Shown piece after piece: positions 1-14,116 of a stretch of DNA of 64,000 nucleotides. Made by a program: the position numbers and the translations under genes. The stretch is from Epiperipatus broadwayi (lineage: Eukaryota; Animalia; Onychophora). Below the pieces are notes generated by a model. That model worked only from the letters and a program-made list of their open reading frames with translations. It was not told where the DNA came from and made no database searches. Location of the stretch: contig JAQFVV010000002.1 in the NCBI GenBank assembly GCA_028023455.1, positions 18,476,001-18,540,000 of the forward strand, written 5' to 3'. Positions within the stretch are counted from its first letter, which is position 1; each line of letters starts with the position of its first letter.

Positions 1-519
1 CTGATAAAATGCTATGGTGAATGATTTTCTTTTAAGACATTTGCTTAACAGAAATCGTAATAGATTTACTTAACTGATTTACTAAAATTCTTTATTCTTT
101 CAGAAAAAAATTTAGGGCTATTTTAAATTGGAGGTAATAATAAGATGCTTTTAAAATAATTTCAATCATTCAAAATAAATTTATAATATGATATACAAAA
201 CTAAACAAGCTTTCTATTAATTAATTTACGGAAATAAGTCTCCTGTAATGATTTTGACTGGAGAAAATAAGAGGAAGAGAAATTAAAGTTAATAGCTTGT
301 TGAATTTTGTACTTGGCAATTTCAGTAAGTCAATATAATAAATAAACCAACAAAAATTAATTTAAACTTGCCGCATCAAAATAATATGAGATTTTTAGAA
401 GAATTGATATTTTAAATTTAAGAAAAAAAATTAAAAGACGCATTTTAAACCTAGCCGTATACACATTACACAGATATATAAAATATAGATTAATATTTAT
501 TTGGAAAACAAGTAAAATA

Positions 520-960
520 GAATCAATGGCTTGCGGTGATTTGGACGTTACCTCAGAATCAATCGGTAGGCATTCTATGGATTGAAACAGGTAGTTAATA
601 CAATCAGATCATTTCAGGCTTCCTCAACACAGACAGTCTCTGGCTAGATGTTGAAAGCACTGGAAAGGCATTGATGGGCTGGTGGAACAGAGTTCCAGAA
701 AGCAACGGTCAATCTTTTTAGCCAGTCATTCTTTAATCACGATGTACTAAATCTAAATTACTCTCTTCAGTGAACTCTTCAAATAATAATATTAATTCCT
801 CTTATCAAAAATTTCCACTATTTATTTGATCTGGATTTATCTATAGGATTCAATCTACAGTGCCAACTGCCAATTGCAATCACTCTAAGTGTTTCTCTGA
901 GGTTGGTGCCTGCTTTGGAGGGAAATCTATCAACATGCCCCAAGGGTTCATTTGCTAATT
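520..960 (-). mobile_element. Degenerate 3' end of a CR1/L2-like LINE
   Basis: Minus-strand translation fragments LTVAFWNSVPP and EPLGHVDR resemble the CR1/L2 ORF2 C-terminal motifs (LEPLxHRR ... RTxxLWNSLP); frameshifted. Confidence 0.4.
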
Positions 961-1439
961 AAAAGAAAACAGCAACAAGCATATTCAGTTTATCAGTCAT
1001 TGTACTAATAAGCCTATTTAATTAAGGTTTAGATTAACAAAAATGTAACTTTTATTCAGAAAAATTTTAGGAATTTGATACGACTTTCAAATTTAATATT
1101 TGATATAAAACTTAAGTAGAAATTTACAAAATATAATTGATCCTTTAATGTACATTTATCAAAAGATAAATATAAAATGTTACCAACTGATTAATTTAAG
1201 AAAATAACTTTAATGAAGAATTTAAAATATTTGTAAGATTTTATAGATATCTAGGATTCAATTACATATAAATGCCAATTTAATAAAATAAACATAATAT
1301 ACAGTTTTACAAATGTTATAAAATAAATAAACTATTATAAAAGGTTAGTTAATCATAAAATACAAATTAATTAGATACAAGATTACAATATTGCTTATAA
1401 TTATACTACCACCAATTATGAGGTGGGTGTCAGTTATTA

Positions 1440-2235
1440 TAGAAGGTTGGGTTCAAACCCACACTAGTGCTGATGACCATGGCACTAGTGAAGCAGAAAT
1501 ATGTACTATATTTCCAGCTTCAATATATATATAAAATCAGTGCACAGTTTATATTAAGATAGCAACTCTTTAAAATTTAAAAAAAAAAAAACAGGCTTCA
1601 ATCATCTTCACTCTCATCCAACTCTTCAAAATTCCTGCTTGCCAAATTTTTTTGTGTCATGTACATGTTGACTGTAAGTCAATCTGACCCCTCATATGTA
1701 GGATCTTAAATGCATTTAAATATACAGAGGATAGGTAGAATACAAACTGAATATGTAATATTTAAATACATGTATAAATATAATTAGATATAATTAAGAT
1801 TCTACATATGAGGAGTCAGATTGACTTATGGTCAACATGGGTATGACACAACAAAATTTGGCAAAGAAGGAATTTTAACATGCCATCATCAGATTTCCAA
1901 TGTATAGATGGCTTAAGAATTAGAGAATGCAGAAGATTAAAGCTTATCCATTAAAATTTAAAGATTTGCTATCTTAATATAAACAGAGCACTAATTATAT
2001 GAGTGTGAGAGATGATGATCCAAACCCTGTTGATGAGTGCCGATTCAGCATGAATTACATATATTGGAGATCATTTATCTTTTTTGCATGTACGTGGTTA
2101 TGTGTATTGCTTGTATAAGATGGTGGATGACTGAAGGGAACTTAAAAGTCTGGGTTCAAATCCCCGCTAATTATAACTAGATTGAAGTATAATATACATG
2201 TATTTAAATATTATATGTATATATGTATTGTTATT
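1440..2235. mobile_element. Head-to-head fold-back of a family A-related HHR repeat
   Basis: Inverted arms 1628-1709/1794-1876, plus outer inverted similarity ~1520-1627 vs ~1900-2000; degenerate HHR at ~2020-2068 (TTGATGA GTGC...GCAT GAAT TACATA TA TTGG). Confidence 0.65.
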
Positions 2236-3517
2236 ACAACAGTTTTTCAATTAATGGATATTTTATTTGTATTATATATATATATGCTTATAAATTTATA
2301 AAAATTTAAAAGTTAATGGTTTTAAAATTTATTTTTATTTGAAAAATTTTTACGTGAATATTTTAAACCTGGTTATTATTAATTTACTTACTTAATATAT
2401 TATTTATGTAGAACATTGTAAAATAATTAAAAACTTGCTAAGATTTTTAAATATAATCGTATACATAAAAAATTAATTCAATGTATATAATCTTTTTTTT
2501 TTAAAAAAAGAATCATATTATATAATAAACATCTCTTTCCAATATAGTTTTTTATGTATCTAATAAATGATGTAGATTTAAATAGAGAACAGCATGGACA
2601 CATATCACAATATTAATGATGTGAAAACAGTTACTTAAATTATAATTTTTGCTTTTCATTTATTTTCATAACTGATTTTTAAGCAGTACTGAAAAAAAAT
2701 ATTTCTCTTTCATGCAGTTTTAATTTGACTATACAAACTTATTAATACATATATATGTATAGCACTTTTACTAAGCAGTGTCTATACAAACAACACCTGA
2801 TTTTGAATTCAGTCAACATATACATATATACAGTCACACTTTGATGTATAATTTACATCCAGCTTAAATTATTAATAAATGTGGCTAAGTGGTACTGATG
2901 GCGTTTGTATCAAGGATGATCACCCAAAATACGAATAACAATATTGATTTAAAAATCTATAACAAAAAGATGTTATCTTTATTCCCATATGTAAATGACA
3001 AACATATTTGGCATGTTTTTTCTTAGCATGAATTCCTAACCATAAGAGCATCAGCCATTATTCTGGTCTTCAGGAGAATATACACTCCTCTTTGATTAAT
3101 TTAAAGGTAGCATACTTAATGAACTACTCTAATCCTTCCCAGTTCATACATATATTGGGAGCTAAGTTTAATTAAAATAAGATTCATACAATGTATAAAA
3201 TAATGTTTAACAAATCTAATAATCAGTGATTGTAATAATTAATAACCACATAATATGATATAGATATTAGTAATTATTTATAATGATTTTAAATTCCTAA
3301 AATATAATTATTTAATAATTACATAAAGTAAGATTAATTTACAAATTTTTTTAGATGCATTATACTAATTTTCCCATTTTATTCTTTTCTCTTTTTTAAG
3401 TAAATGAAAGATAAAAGTATTTTCTTTTAAATACACCTGGGTCTCATTTTATGTGGTAGATAGGTTCCACAGAAAACCCGCATTAAAAAAAAACACACAA
3501 AAATTGATGTAACTTAC

Positions 3518-3539
3518 CTTGAAAAATGGGGGATAGGGT
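3518..3539 (-). CDS. Candidate 22-nt micro-exon of an unidentified host gene
   Basis: Minus strand ttacag|ACCCTATCCCCCATTTTTCAAG|gtaagt; splice-site pair only, no homology recognised. Confidence 0.2.
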
Positions 3540-4799
3540 CTGTAATTTTCAGAATTCACATAAAACCAAAGCAACAAGGAAAAATTACTTTAAAATTCGC
3601 ATTAAAAAAATAAGCAAATAAAGTATGACTAATAAAAAATTTCAAGTATTTGAAAAAAATTAATACAAAACAAACTTTTTTTTACTTTTTTTTATTAACT
3701 ACAGTATTTAATTTGACATTTTTCATACATATTTTAATCATTACCGCTAGCGTTCATTTGTAAACTGGTAAGAATTCAGATTCGATGTGGTGTGATGTAT
3801 TGTGGCTTTTCCTTAAACAAAGTCAAGAATCTCTCAGCAATTATGCCAGAAAAACCTGTCAGCCACTTTACTTTTATTTGTGATGTGATGTACAACTAGT
3901 GCCACTTTTAGTCTTATGCTGTGTTAATGATTTTCTGTTTTTATATTTAAAAAAAAATGAGATTGCAATCAAAACAAAAAGATTATACATTTTCATTAGA
4001 AAGATTATTTTCAGTTTATAAAATCTTCGTTTTTTATTTTAAAAATCTAAAAGATTATTTATTTCTGTTATATATAACAAAATACAGTTTAAAAGTTTAA
4101 ATTTTTTGAATATTTATAGCAATATTTTTATATGTAAGTATAAATATATTATTATTGTTTACTCATTAGTAAAAATAGGTTATTTACATAGAAGCTAAAA
4201 TTCTAAATACAGCTTCAGGCCATATTCACGGTAGCTGCTAATATAACATTATATTTTTGAAAAAAAAAAAAAGTATTTCAAGTCAAAATAAGTTATTAAT
4301 AATTTAAATTTCTTGATATCTAATAAATATAGTGAAATATAAAAGATATTAAGAAGAAACATGAATCACATAACTTCAAAATCGCATTAAAATAATCTGA
4401 ATAAAATGAGACCCAGGTGTAATTCTATTGTAAATACAAGCATGGAATCTATTATGTTTACATATATACACTTCTGAAGCTTTTATGATAAAATAACATG
4501 ATATTCTAAAATTTATTACTAATTTTATCCATGTGCATATATGTTGATTGAATATATATATATACACACACTCAGAATTTAAAGATATATAACAAAATAA
4601 TATAAAAATTTTGATATACTTAATAGAAATTACATATTCTTATATTACTCTTATAAAAAATATTTAAATAAAACTATATTATAACTATAATAATGAGATG
4701 TCAGATTTGTCTGAATAAATTAGAAAATGTCCTCTTTATAGACTTTTAACATCAAATTTTAATTTTCATTATTTGCCATCAGAAATTTAATAATTTTTC

Positions 4800-5200
4800 A
4801 GTGAAAGTAAATGACAATTCATGACTTTGAAAAATGGAGCTTCAAAAGTTATTTCTCCAATGCAGGGAAGTTATTTTTTAGATAAAGGCAAGATAATGGA
4901 ATCACTATCCTTCTGTATTGAGTAGGTATTTGAAGTTTTTGTTTTTCCTAGACTTACATGGTTTTGATCCAATAAAACGCTAAAGTGTAAAACCATATCT
5001 CAGCTTGCTATTAAAAAGAACAATAATCTTTATAAGCATCTTTCTAATAATGAAGTTTTTATTCTTCACATTATTATTTTCAACAAAATGAACAATTAAA
5101 AAATTTGATTTTAATTAAGAGATAAATCCGCACTTTCTATAAGAGTAACGTAGTAAAATCTGACCTACATTTGTCAATAAATATTATTACAACAAATATA
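4800..5200 (+). pseudogene. Possible hAT transposase C-terminal (dimerisation domain) relic
   Basis: aagaacaataatctttataagcatctttctaataatgaag resembles GTTYLCEASFSxMK; heavily decayed. Confidence 0.3.
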
Positions 5201-6095
5201 ATACCTAAATATTAAATTAGGTAAATTCTAAGTTAGAAGGCCTTTTTTTTTCTTTTACGATTATCTATTGCTTATTGAAATTGTGGCCATACTTTTCATA
5301 TTTTACTTACAATTAAAACTGATTCCCACCAATCACTCAATGATGAAAGTTATTCTTTATTTATCTAAAGAATGATTTCTATTAAGAATTATGAGAATGC
5401 AAACTTCCATTAACAATACTCAAGAACTTATTTGATCGATGAGTTTGCAATTTTTTCACGAACTCTGAATCAACCAACTTTTTTAAAAAGTATTTTAAAA
5501 GCAGATTAATGGAAATTTAAACATTTTTCATCAATATGGTTAAAAATTTTATCAAATAAAATCTTCCGTGACAAGTTGCATGTAATGCCAGGTTTTAAAC
5601 TTATGCTACAAAAATAAAGGTAAACATTAGAAGCCTTAAGCATAATATGGATAAAGAAGACAAGACAGATAACAGAATTATTAGATAAGTTGCATTTTAA
5701 TTTTTATTTATGTAAAAATAATCTTGGTTTGTTTAAGCCATCAATACTTAAAAAAAAATAAAAAATATTAAACTCACTAAAGTTTTAAAACAAAATAACA
5801 TTTATAATAAAGAAGGTATTTCGATATATATATTATTAACTCATTACTCATTGTTTATACACTTTTTTCCCATCCATCATCCTCTGCTTATTTTGGTACC
5901 AGAATCAGCTCCTCATGGTTCCACGGTTGCGTTATCACACCTGTCCTTGAAGATCATTATTCTAAATGCAAAATTTGTTTACAAGGATAGTTTTATTTAA
6001 AATTTCAAATGACATATAAATACTATTACTGCATATTATTGTTTTGCTTATTATTGTATATTATTTTAGTAATTAACTTTTCATAAATTCTAATT

Positions 6096-6293
6096 ACTGA
6101 AATACAGGCTTATTATAAATCTGTATCAATATATGTAATATATAGGGTATATGAGCACAGACTTTCACACGACCCACCACTCTCCACTCTATCTCATAAC
6201 ACTGATACACTTGAATACATATGTCGTTCAGTGTTATGAGATAGAGTGGAGAATGGTGGGTCGTGTGATAGTCTGTGTTCATATATCCTATAT
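6096..6293. mobile_element. Family A snap-back palindromic insertion (Penelope-like pLTR/retrozyme type)
   Basis: Inverted arms ~6138-6205/6228-6295; exact 13-bp TSD ATAAATTCTAATT at 6083-6095 and 6294-6306; homologous to copies at 11407, 26327, 41980, 43905 and 62405. Confidence 0.85.
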
Positions 6294-7275
6294 ATAAATT
6301 CTAATTGTAATAATAAATAGAATCATTTTATTATTTTCTATAAACCTTTTTATGATTTAGTTGCTAATAAATTTCTTGTTACATATAGAATCGTTTTAGG
6401 AGCACAAGAAATTATCAAAAAATCATTATTTGAAATTTATTCAGAATCAAAGCAAAAAAAGCTAGCTCACAACCACCCTCTTTTATTTCATAGTAATACT
6501 TTATTTCTCTCAAATTAGCATGCAAATGTTTTTCTTCATTTAATTCTGTGCTTCAATTCATCATAATAGTCAATTAACTTTTTTTTAAAAAAAAAAAAAG
6601 AAGAGCGAGATATTGAGTGATCTAGTTAGTAGTGTTTAAATATTCTGATTTCCTACCTCTAACATGCATTTTCAAAAATTTATCAAGGTTTAAAACGTAA
6701 GACAGATCAATTACAATCTTCCAAGATGTTAGTTTAACTTTAAATTCAAAGCTGTTAGATTTTATGAATTTATTTCCATTTTAGGTTAATATCTAATTTG
6801 GACTTAATGTTTTTCAATGACTTCTGAATATATTTTTGTGTTAAATTTCTTACCAGTATGAATAAATATTTATTACCACTATCAGATTAAAGTTTTACAA
6901 TAGTCAGAAGAAAAAAGGAAGAGACAATTGTTTTAAAAAGCGGACATGAATTATATATTACAAAGTAACAAATATTGGAAGCACAGCATTGTAAATAAAA
7001 AGTGAAAGAACAAGATTATGGAGATTTCTGATGTATCAGAAAGAGTGGTAAGATTAGTAATTCAACTTATTGTAAGATACCAAATGCAGACAACTCAGAT
7101 TTATGCACCCACAAGTTCTCATCGTGATGAAGAAGTAGAAAGATTTTTGATTAGAGCAAACAGCATTTTAAAATTGTCATGAGATTATAAGACCCTGAAA
7201 CATGAAAGTGCTGTGGATAAATTTGGTTATGATGATATAAATGAAAGAGGATACAGACTTGTGTGTTGTAAAAAC

Positions 7276-7379
7276 ATCAAGCATTGGTGGTTGAGAAGTC
7301 AGCGACAGCTGCTTTACAAGCAGATGTCCCAGGTTAGCGGGTTCGCTTCCACGCTGATGTTATGACACATGAAAAAAAA
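7276..7379 (+). mobile_element. tRNA-Gly(TCC)-derived SINE
   Basis: Matches the family consensus GTCAA-GCGTTGGTGG...CTGCCTTNCAAGCAGTTG...GGTTCGCTTCCCGGCCGATGC-TATGACACATG-A tail; inserted in the RTE. Confidence 0.85.
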
Positions 7380-8017
7380 TCTTTAAAATATGAATTCTTT
7401 CTTTGAGAAAAATATAAATGAAAAGGGACATGGAAGCATCCAAATTAAAGTATAGTAGAATTGGATTAATATTTTTTAAAATAAAAAAATATGTGTTTCA
7501 GGATAATTTCTGAATAAATTCAATCTAAGATAAAATGTTAATGCAAAACTAGAGAGACAAAAATTATTAAGAAAAACAGTATTCACAGATAATATTCCTA
7601 ACATTTCAAAACATTCCAATAAATTTAAATTAGAACTTGCAAATAATTTTAAGCTATTAACAGATTTTTCACGATGATTCAAATTTGAATGAAATCAATA
7701 GAAAGATAACTGGTACACTATTAAGAACTGCAACAAAGACAGATGATACAAAAAAGCAGCAATTGAACAGTAAAATCTGTATTGAAACAAACATTTATGA
7801 GGAAAAGAAGGAATATGAAAAAATATAAAAATGATTCATTAAGATGAATTGAACATCTATAATTGTTTTTAAATGGTAAGAAAAAGATTTAATAATGATA
7901 TAAGAAAATAGAATTGCAAATTAACAAGGAAAATTATAAAAGAGAATAATAAGTATCAAAAATGTAAAACAACAACTTGGTATTAGTAAAAAGCTTATTT
8001 CTGCAATAAGAAAAGTT

Positions 8018-8110
8018 GTCAAGCATTGGTGGACAAGTGGTCAGCACAGCTGCCTTACAAGCAGTTGTTCTGGGTTCGCTTCCCAGCCGATGCTATGACA
8101 CATGGAAAAA
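8018..8110 (+). mobile_element. tRNA-Gly(TCC)-derived SINE
   Basis: tRNA-like body plus A tail; TSD AAGAAAAGTT at 8008-8017 and 8111-8120. Confidence 0.9.
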
Positions 8111-11080
8111 AAGAAAAGTTATATTTCTAAAAAGGAAGATGACACCATCAAATGAATGAAAGAGTTCTATAAATAGTTATATAACAATAAAGAATATGAA
8201 ACAACGTATCTCATACAATTACTACATCTTTAATCTATAAAGAAGGTGAAAACTCCAGATATTGGTGGAATTTTTATTGACATATTAAAACAAAAGGTAG
8301 AATATAAAAAAGGTGTTGTCAAAACTATATATCAATGGTTTAAATAATAAGGATGGACCAGAAGATTGGAAGAATGGGATAGTAATATTAATATTTAAAA
8401 AGATTAAGAATTACAGACCTATCAGTTGTTTTTTTAACCACTTCTATAGAAAATATTTGTTAAGATAATTATAACACAGCTATAATAAACTTTGGATCTT
8501 AACCAAATAAAAAATAAGCTGGATTTAAGTCATTTTAGTGCAGTGAATCATATTCAAGTATTGAGAAATAGAAAAGATCATTGAGTAAGAGTTGTCTTTA
8601 TGCTTTTGATTTGAAGATTATGAAAAGGCATTTGATTCTGTAAATATTAGATCATCAAGATGTAGACCCAAGTATTGTCATATTCTGAAGAATATCAAAA
8701 TGCAACAGCAGTGATAGTGATACTAGAAAGATTAATAATAATGAAAAAGTGTATGATCAGTTGACTCCATATCCCCAAAATGTTTGCAGAAATTTTACAA
8801 CAGTATTTTGTAGATTAGAATTAAATGGGGATTATATAAATCATCTATATTTTGAAGATGATGTAATTGTTTTTTACAAATAATGATTCAGAGTTTCAGG
8901 GTTCCAAGAGTTACGAGATGAAAGTAAGAAAGTACGACTAAAAATAATTGCTAAAAGGGCTAAAATAATGTTCAATGGATTTTCTCAAAAGAAGAAAATA
9001 AAGATTGATAATGATGAATTAGAAGTAACAATAACAATTACTTTGGTCAGATTATAAAAATATAATCAATAAAGTTAATCATAGAATTAAACTTGGATAG
9101 AGTGCTTTAGGTAGAAATAACTTAATATTATAAGGAAATATGCCTATGAGTTTGCAAAAAAAAAAGTGATTAATAATTGTGGTTTACTAGTTCTTGTTTA
9201 TGGATCTGAAACATAGACACAGCAAAATAGCATACAGGGACTTCAGGCCATTCAATGAAATATGGAGAGTTTTATGTTAGGAATAACAAGAAGGGATTTA
9301 AAATGAAATACATAGATGAGAGAAAAAACAGATGCTACTGACATCATTTGAAAAAAATTAAAAGACTGAAGTAAAGGTGAGTTGGATATATATATAGAAG
9401 AAATCTTAAATTCGGTTTCCAAGAGATTGTTTGTTAAAGCTATAAAAAGAACTTCATGTGAGATAGATGGATGAAATAAAGAAGTACACTGGAGTGATGT
9501 GGAGAAGCTAGAAATTAGAGAAATTAATATTAAAAAACTTTCTTTCTGTGTGAATTGATAATAGTTAAAATGATAATGATTTCCCAATAGTTTAAAGTTT
9601 GAATCACTTTCTCCACATTCTGTATTTACATAAATTTTGTTGACAAATGCAAAACACAGTAAATGTTATTTTTAAGGTCACTATTTTCCAGAGCAGCAAA
9701 AGTATGAAGAGTTGGGAAACAAAAATTCTTCAGAATCAGTATCACTTAAATGATATGGAAATATTGTAATATAAAGGCTTTTGGTCATTTGCCATGTTGA
9801 ATAATTGATTAAATTGATATATGTATCTGATGTGACTTTTTTAAAAAAATAATCACGAATTCCTTATGAACTACAGAAGGGAAAACATTTTGTTTCTTCA
9901 TAGGTATAATTTCACAAAGAGATTAGTGAGTTGCTCGTTTGTATTGTTTTATGAACTTAATTTGATTTCAGAATCATTTATTTATTTTATTGCTTACTAA
10001 AATTAAAATTTTTATAATTTTTAACTATTGATTAAAAATAGTCTCAAGATTTTTTTTGTTCTTACTCTACTGAACAGTTTTAATAGTCTTTGTATTAAAA
10101 GTATGAGTGCAGAAACTTTAAAATCTGTGAAACAAATTGTAATGATTTAATAGTTATATTTTTATCAGTAAATAGCATTTTATTAAAAGTAGACACACAA
10201 TTCTTTTTAATATTGTAATTTTTTTTAGTCTTAAAATTGAGCACTTTTATAAAGCAGTGCTCTGTGAGGTTTGGTGCAGAGGGATTATCAGATTAGGAGC
10301 TTAAGATATCTCAACCTGGTTCTTCCAGTTTTGGGGCTCAAAATTCTTATGCTCTCTGGAGAATAATGATTCTTTGACTCATTACAGAAAAAATCATGTC
10401 TTATATTCAATAATATCTTGGAACTAACTGGAGGCCTTTATGAAACTCATATTTTGATAATAATAGAAATATTTCATTTCTAGAAAAAACTCATTATTAA
10501 CATTTTTTTAGTTAACCATCAACTTTAAACACAATAAATTATACTAAATTCAATATGGTGATATTTTCTAAACATAGAATATAAAAAAGTACATAAATTA
10601 TTTTAATTATAATTACAAATTATATAAAATGCATTAAGGCTATATATTTAATATTGGTTGTGATTTCTCCATTTAAGAATCATTTTTATAACCATATCTA
10701 GTTTATTAACATAGTACATGTAATATATTGATTAATTCACTTGACATATATTTATAACCAATCAAATGAATATGTTTAATTATACGTTTGTCTTCTTTAA
10801 AGTCTAAAGATTTAAACTCAGAATTCCACTGTTGTTCCTTAAATCTTAGATATCAGGTTTAGAATGAAATGAAGTGAGATGTCTTAATTTTCCAAATGAT
10901 ATACTAATATTTCTTTCATATCGGTTACCTACAACCAGTTAAAAAAAAATGGAATTGAACAAAGAGACATAAAAACTATATTTTATGAGTTCACCTTGCA
11001 TACACCAAGTATTTTAATATGAAATGCTGGAAATTGGAATTTTAAAGAATAATTTTTTACTGAGGTTAAAGTTTATAACT

Positions 11081-11210
11081 GTGCTAGAGATAATCTCTAG
11101 TTTAGACAATGAGTAGTAATAATTATTATTGTATTTATCTGAGGTGGATGGTATCAAAGATGTGAGTGGAGTGAGTTTGACAATGGTAAATAAAAATGTA
11201 ATAATTTTTT
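11081..11210 (+). repeat. Dispersed repeat segment also present at ~30330-30460
   Basis: gctagagataatctcta...tttatct...gtggagt.agtttga...aaaatg.aataattt aligns between both loci. Confidence 0.55.
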
Positions 11211-11316
11211 ATTAAAATTCACCTAATCCATACAATAAACACAAAAAAAAAAAACGCTTCTGAAATCACTTTTAAAATGAAATATAAATAGGAAAACTTA
11301 AAAATATTATTATTAT

Positions 11317-11406
11317 TTTCCTGTGTCATAGCATCGGCCGGGAGGCGAACCGGCTAACCCGGGACAACTGCGTGTAAGGCAACTGTGCTGACCTCTCGAC
11401 CCCCAA
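11317..11406 (-). mobile_element. tRNA-Gly-derived SINE, 5' truncated
   Basis: Reverse complement of the SINE body with the GGGTTAGCCGGTTCGC subfamily insertion. Confidence 0.85.
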
Positions 11407-11715
11407 TATGGTAGTTAGGATGGACGGTTGAATAGTTGGAGGGAGGAGTCGATTGAAGCCTGTCCATTAAAGTATGAAGATTGGCTATCTTAATATACAT
11501 CTGAGCACTTATTGCATATATGCGTAGAGATGATAATCTAGACCAACTGATGATTGCGGTTTAGCATGAAATACGTATATTGGTGATTATTTATCTTTTC
11601 GACATATATGTGTTCATGTGAGTGGAGAATGGTGGGTCGTGTGAAAGTTTGTGCTCACATACCCTATATATTAAATATATTGATACAGGTATATAATAAG
11701 CCTGTATTTCAGTCA
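11407..11715 (+). mobile_element. Family A HHR-bearing repeat, long monomer
   Basis: Colinear with the reverse complement of 43905-44155 and with the arms at 26540-27000; ends in the short hairpin ATACAGG...CCTGTAT. Confidence 0.85.
11542..11584 (+). ncRNA. Minimal type I hammerhead ribozyme motif (family A)
   Basis: ACCAA CTGATGA TTGC-ggttta-GCAT GAAA TACGTA TA TTGGT: helix I ACCAA/TTGGT, palindromic helix III ATACGTAT, AUA triplet; helix II closing pair is U-U. Confidence 0.7.
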
Positions 11716-12829
11716 TTCTAATATAGATGTTAGTAATCCCCTGTAAAAAAAAAAAGTATTCGAATGAATTGATGACCTGGGAACAAGTCGTGAGATACTC
11801 GAGCGTAGAACTAAATCACAATCATCATTAGCTTCAGAGCCGCTACCTTATCACTGCATTAAATCAGATAAGGCTGCAATTTTTTTCCTTCTTATATTAT
11901 CTTATTTAAATATATATATTCATACAAATAAAATTATTATATATATTATTTACTTACCATAATATATATATTTGTAAGACTGAATTTGTAGATACTAATT
12001 TCATCAATTCATGTTTATGTCAGAATACATTTTATCTAGTGTTAAATACATACACTACTTTATGACTACGTAAATAAACATTCTTAAGCACGAAATTGCT
12101 TGTTTTAAATGTATGTGTTTGTAGAAATACATGTTTTCAAATTAAAATACTAAAATTTAAAAAGTGATTAAGAATAACTTCAGTTCGCAATAGTTTGCAA
12201 GATTATTTTTTAATTAACCATATTTAATTTGATAAAACTTTCAGAATATTTTTTTTTCTTTACTTATTATTAATAGTTAAGAAAAGAGAATTTTTACAAT
12301 AATAGAAATACCCTTTGTAATTTCATTTTTCCTAATAAATTCTAAATAATATTTTTATTAATTAAAAACTAAGTCTGATGACATTATTCAACATTGTAAT
12401 CAGAAAATCAAAACTCACAGCTGCTGTAATAAACGAGTTATTCATCTGTACACTTAAATATTTTGATATGAAAATTTCACATGACACGAACATATTAATT
12501 AGGTTACCATAGAAACAAAATGTTTAAAAATCTGTTGAAAACGATTCTAGCAAGGATTTACTATGATCTGACAGCTACACGTGAGAATTAGCATAATAAG
12601 GGTGAAAGCAGGCTTTCAATTAGATTTTTTTTTTTTTTCACTTGAACTGTTTCATCCAAGTAAAGGTTTAGACTTATTGAAGACGAGCTACTGGGAAAAT
12701 AGAATAATTAAAATATGAGTTAAAAAATAAATTGGAAACTGTCAATAGAAATTTGAAATAAATAACATTTTAAAAATAAATTAAAATATCTTTACTTGAA
12801 ATTATATTCTTTTTATATATCTTTTTTTT

Positions 12830-13020
12830 TTGTTCGACTTTTTAAAAATTGTGGACGTCATGCCAACCATTCATGTAATATTTATTTTTTACTTAATTTA
12901 AACACTTTACATCTATATTGAAATGTGAATATATAATACGTAGTTTTTTAAAAAGTAAATCGAATAGTTATTGTTCCGTTGTTCATAAGAAGTTCGAACT
13001 CCAGAAGTAATGGTGAGGAA
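12830..13020 (+). promoter_or_regulatory. Candidate promoter / first exon
   Basis: Local CpG enrichment, CRE-like GACGTCA (~12855), and ATG (13010-13012) directly followed by donor-like GTGAGG. Confidence 0.3.
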
Positions 13021-13749
13021 TCGCGGGATCCTTAGCTCCAGACTCCGCTAGACCACAGTTGCATTAGAACACAGAAGACAGTTTTTATCTTATATAAAAA
13101 AAACTTATATAACATTATCTAGTATTTGACGACTTTATTAAATTTAGGCAATCAAATATTAAAAGAGGGAATAAATAAATTTAAAAGAGAGAGTAAAAAA
13201 AAAAAAAACAACCTAACACAAACGTAATTTTTATTATTATCATTATTATAAAATATGTTTATTAAAATAATTTTGTAAAATAATCATCATCATCCTGAAT
13301 ACATTCTTCTAGATATCTGTAACAGAAATGAAACAAATGCAATAAAAAACATTAAGAAGAAATCGTGTGGTTAATTACTTGGAGGTCAGGTTACGTTGAG
13401 CATCTAAGTAGCAGGTTAAGACCTTGACTCAATTCCATTCAACCACTAAAGACTTACTTTACTTAGAGTTGATTTAGGAACATTTCATTTTAAGACAATT
13501 TCTCTGCTACTACTCTAAACCACACTGGTATTTACTTTATTGAAAGTCAGTAAGAGTTTATTGACAGTCATTTCTTTATAGAAGTAATACCACAGGATCA
13601 CCATGATTATGTTTATTAATAAAATGTCACCAGTTTATGTTGAAACCATGCACATTTTATTTTTCCTTTATTAACCTTTCCAAATTTGATGAATCGTATT
13701 TTATACAACAAAATATTTTTTAATCATAATGCTAAAGTTTTAAAAAATA

Positions 13750-14116
13750 TTAGAATATAAAGTTGATACTGACTTAAAAACACCAAAACGACTAAAGACA
13801 CTATAAATAATATGACTTCTATTATGCTTATATAAAAAAAGCATTAGTGAAACAAAAAAATATCACTCAGAGTAAATTTAACTGCATAATAAAAGCTAGA
13901 CATTTCACTATTTACTTTAATTTAAAAAAATTAAAAATATAGTAATTTTCCCCCTATTCTTATTTTTCGATAAATGAATGAGAGAACACATACCTAGTAA
14001 AACATATGTAAATATGTCCCCTCAATTTATTATTAATAACTATATTATTATTTTAACAATTTTGTTTACAATATAATTTTAATTTATATATACATAATAT
14101 ACATATCAGAAAGCAT
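13750..14116 (+). repeat. Unclassified dispersed AT-rich repeat (copy 1)
   Basis: Colinear with 45131-45523 (aagttgatac.gacttaaaaaca..., atttcactatt..., caatttattattaataa..., aaagcat). Confidence 0.6.

Larger units (their letters stand above)
6850..9560 (+). mobile_element. Degenerate near full-length RTE-clade LINE ORF (APE endonuclease + RT)
   Basis: EN motif QIYAPTSSHRDEEVERF (~7100); RT motifs EKAFDSV (~8620), QGDSISPK-like (~8760) and HLxFxDDV (~8840); 3' RWMDEI-like motif (~9460); many stops; interrupted by two SINEs. Confidence 0.85.

Noticed and set aside
2890-2945. Hammerhead at CTGATGG...CAAAATACG, and a lone CTGATGA at ~44163
   Set aside because: Core mutated or GAAA absent, and no consistent helices I-III
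12985-13065. Pol III RNA gene on the minus strand (TGGTCTAGCGG ... GTTCGAA)
   Set aside because: No cloverleaf and no recognisable 7SL, 7SK, snRNA or RNase P motif; single copy; equally explained as promoter-proximal sequence
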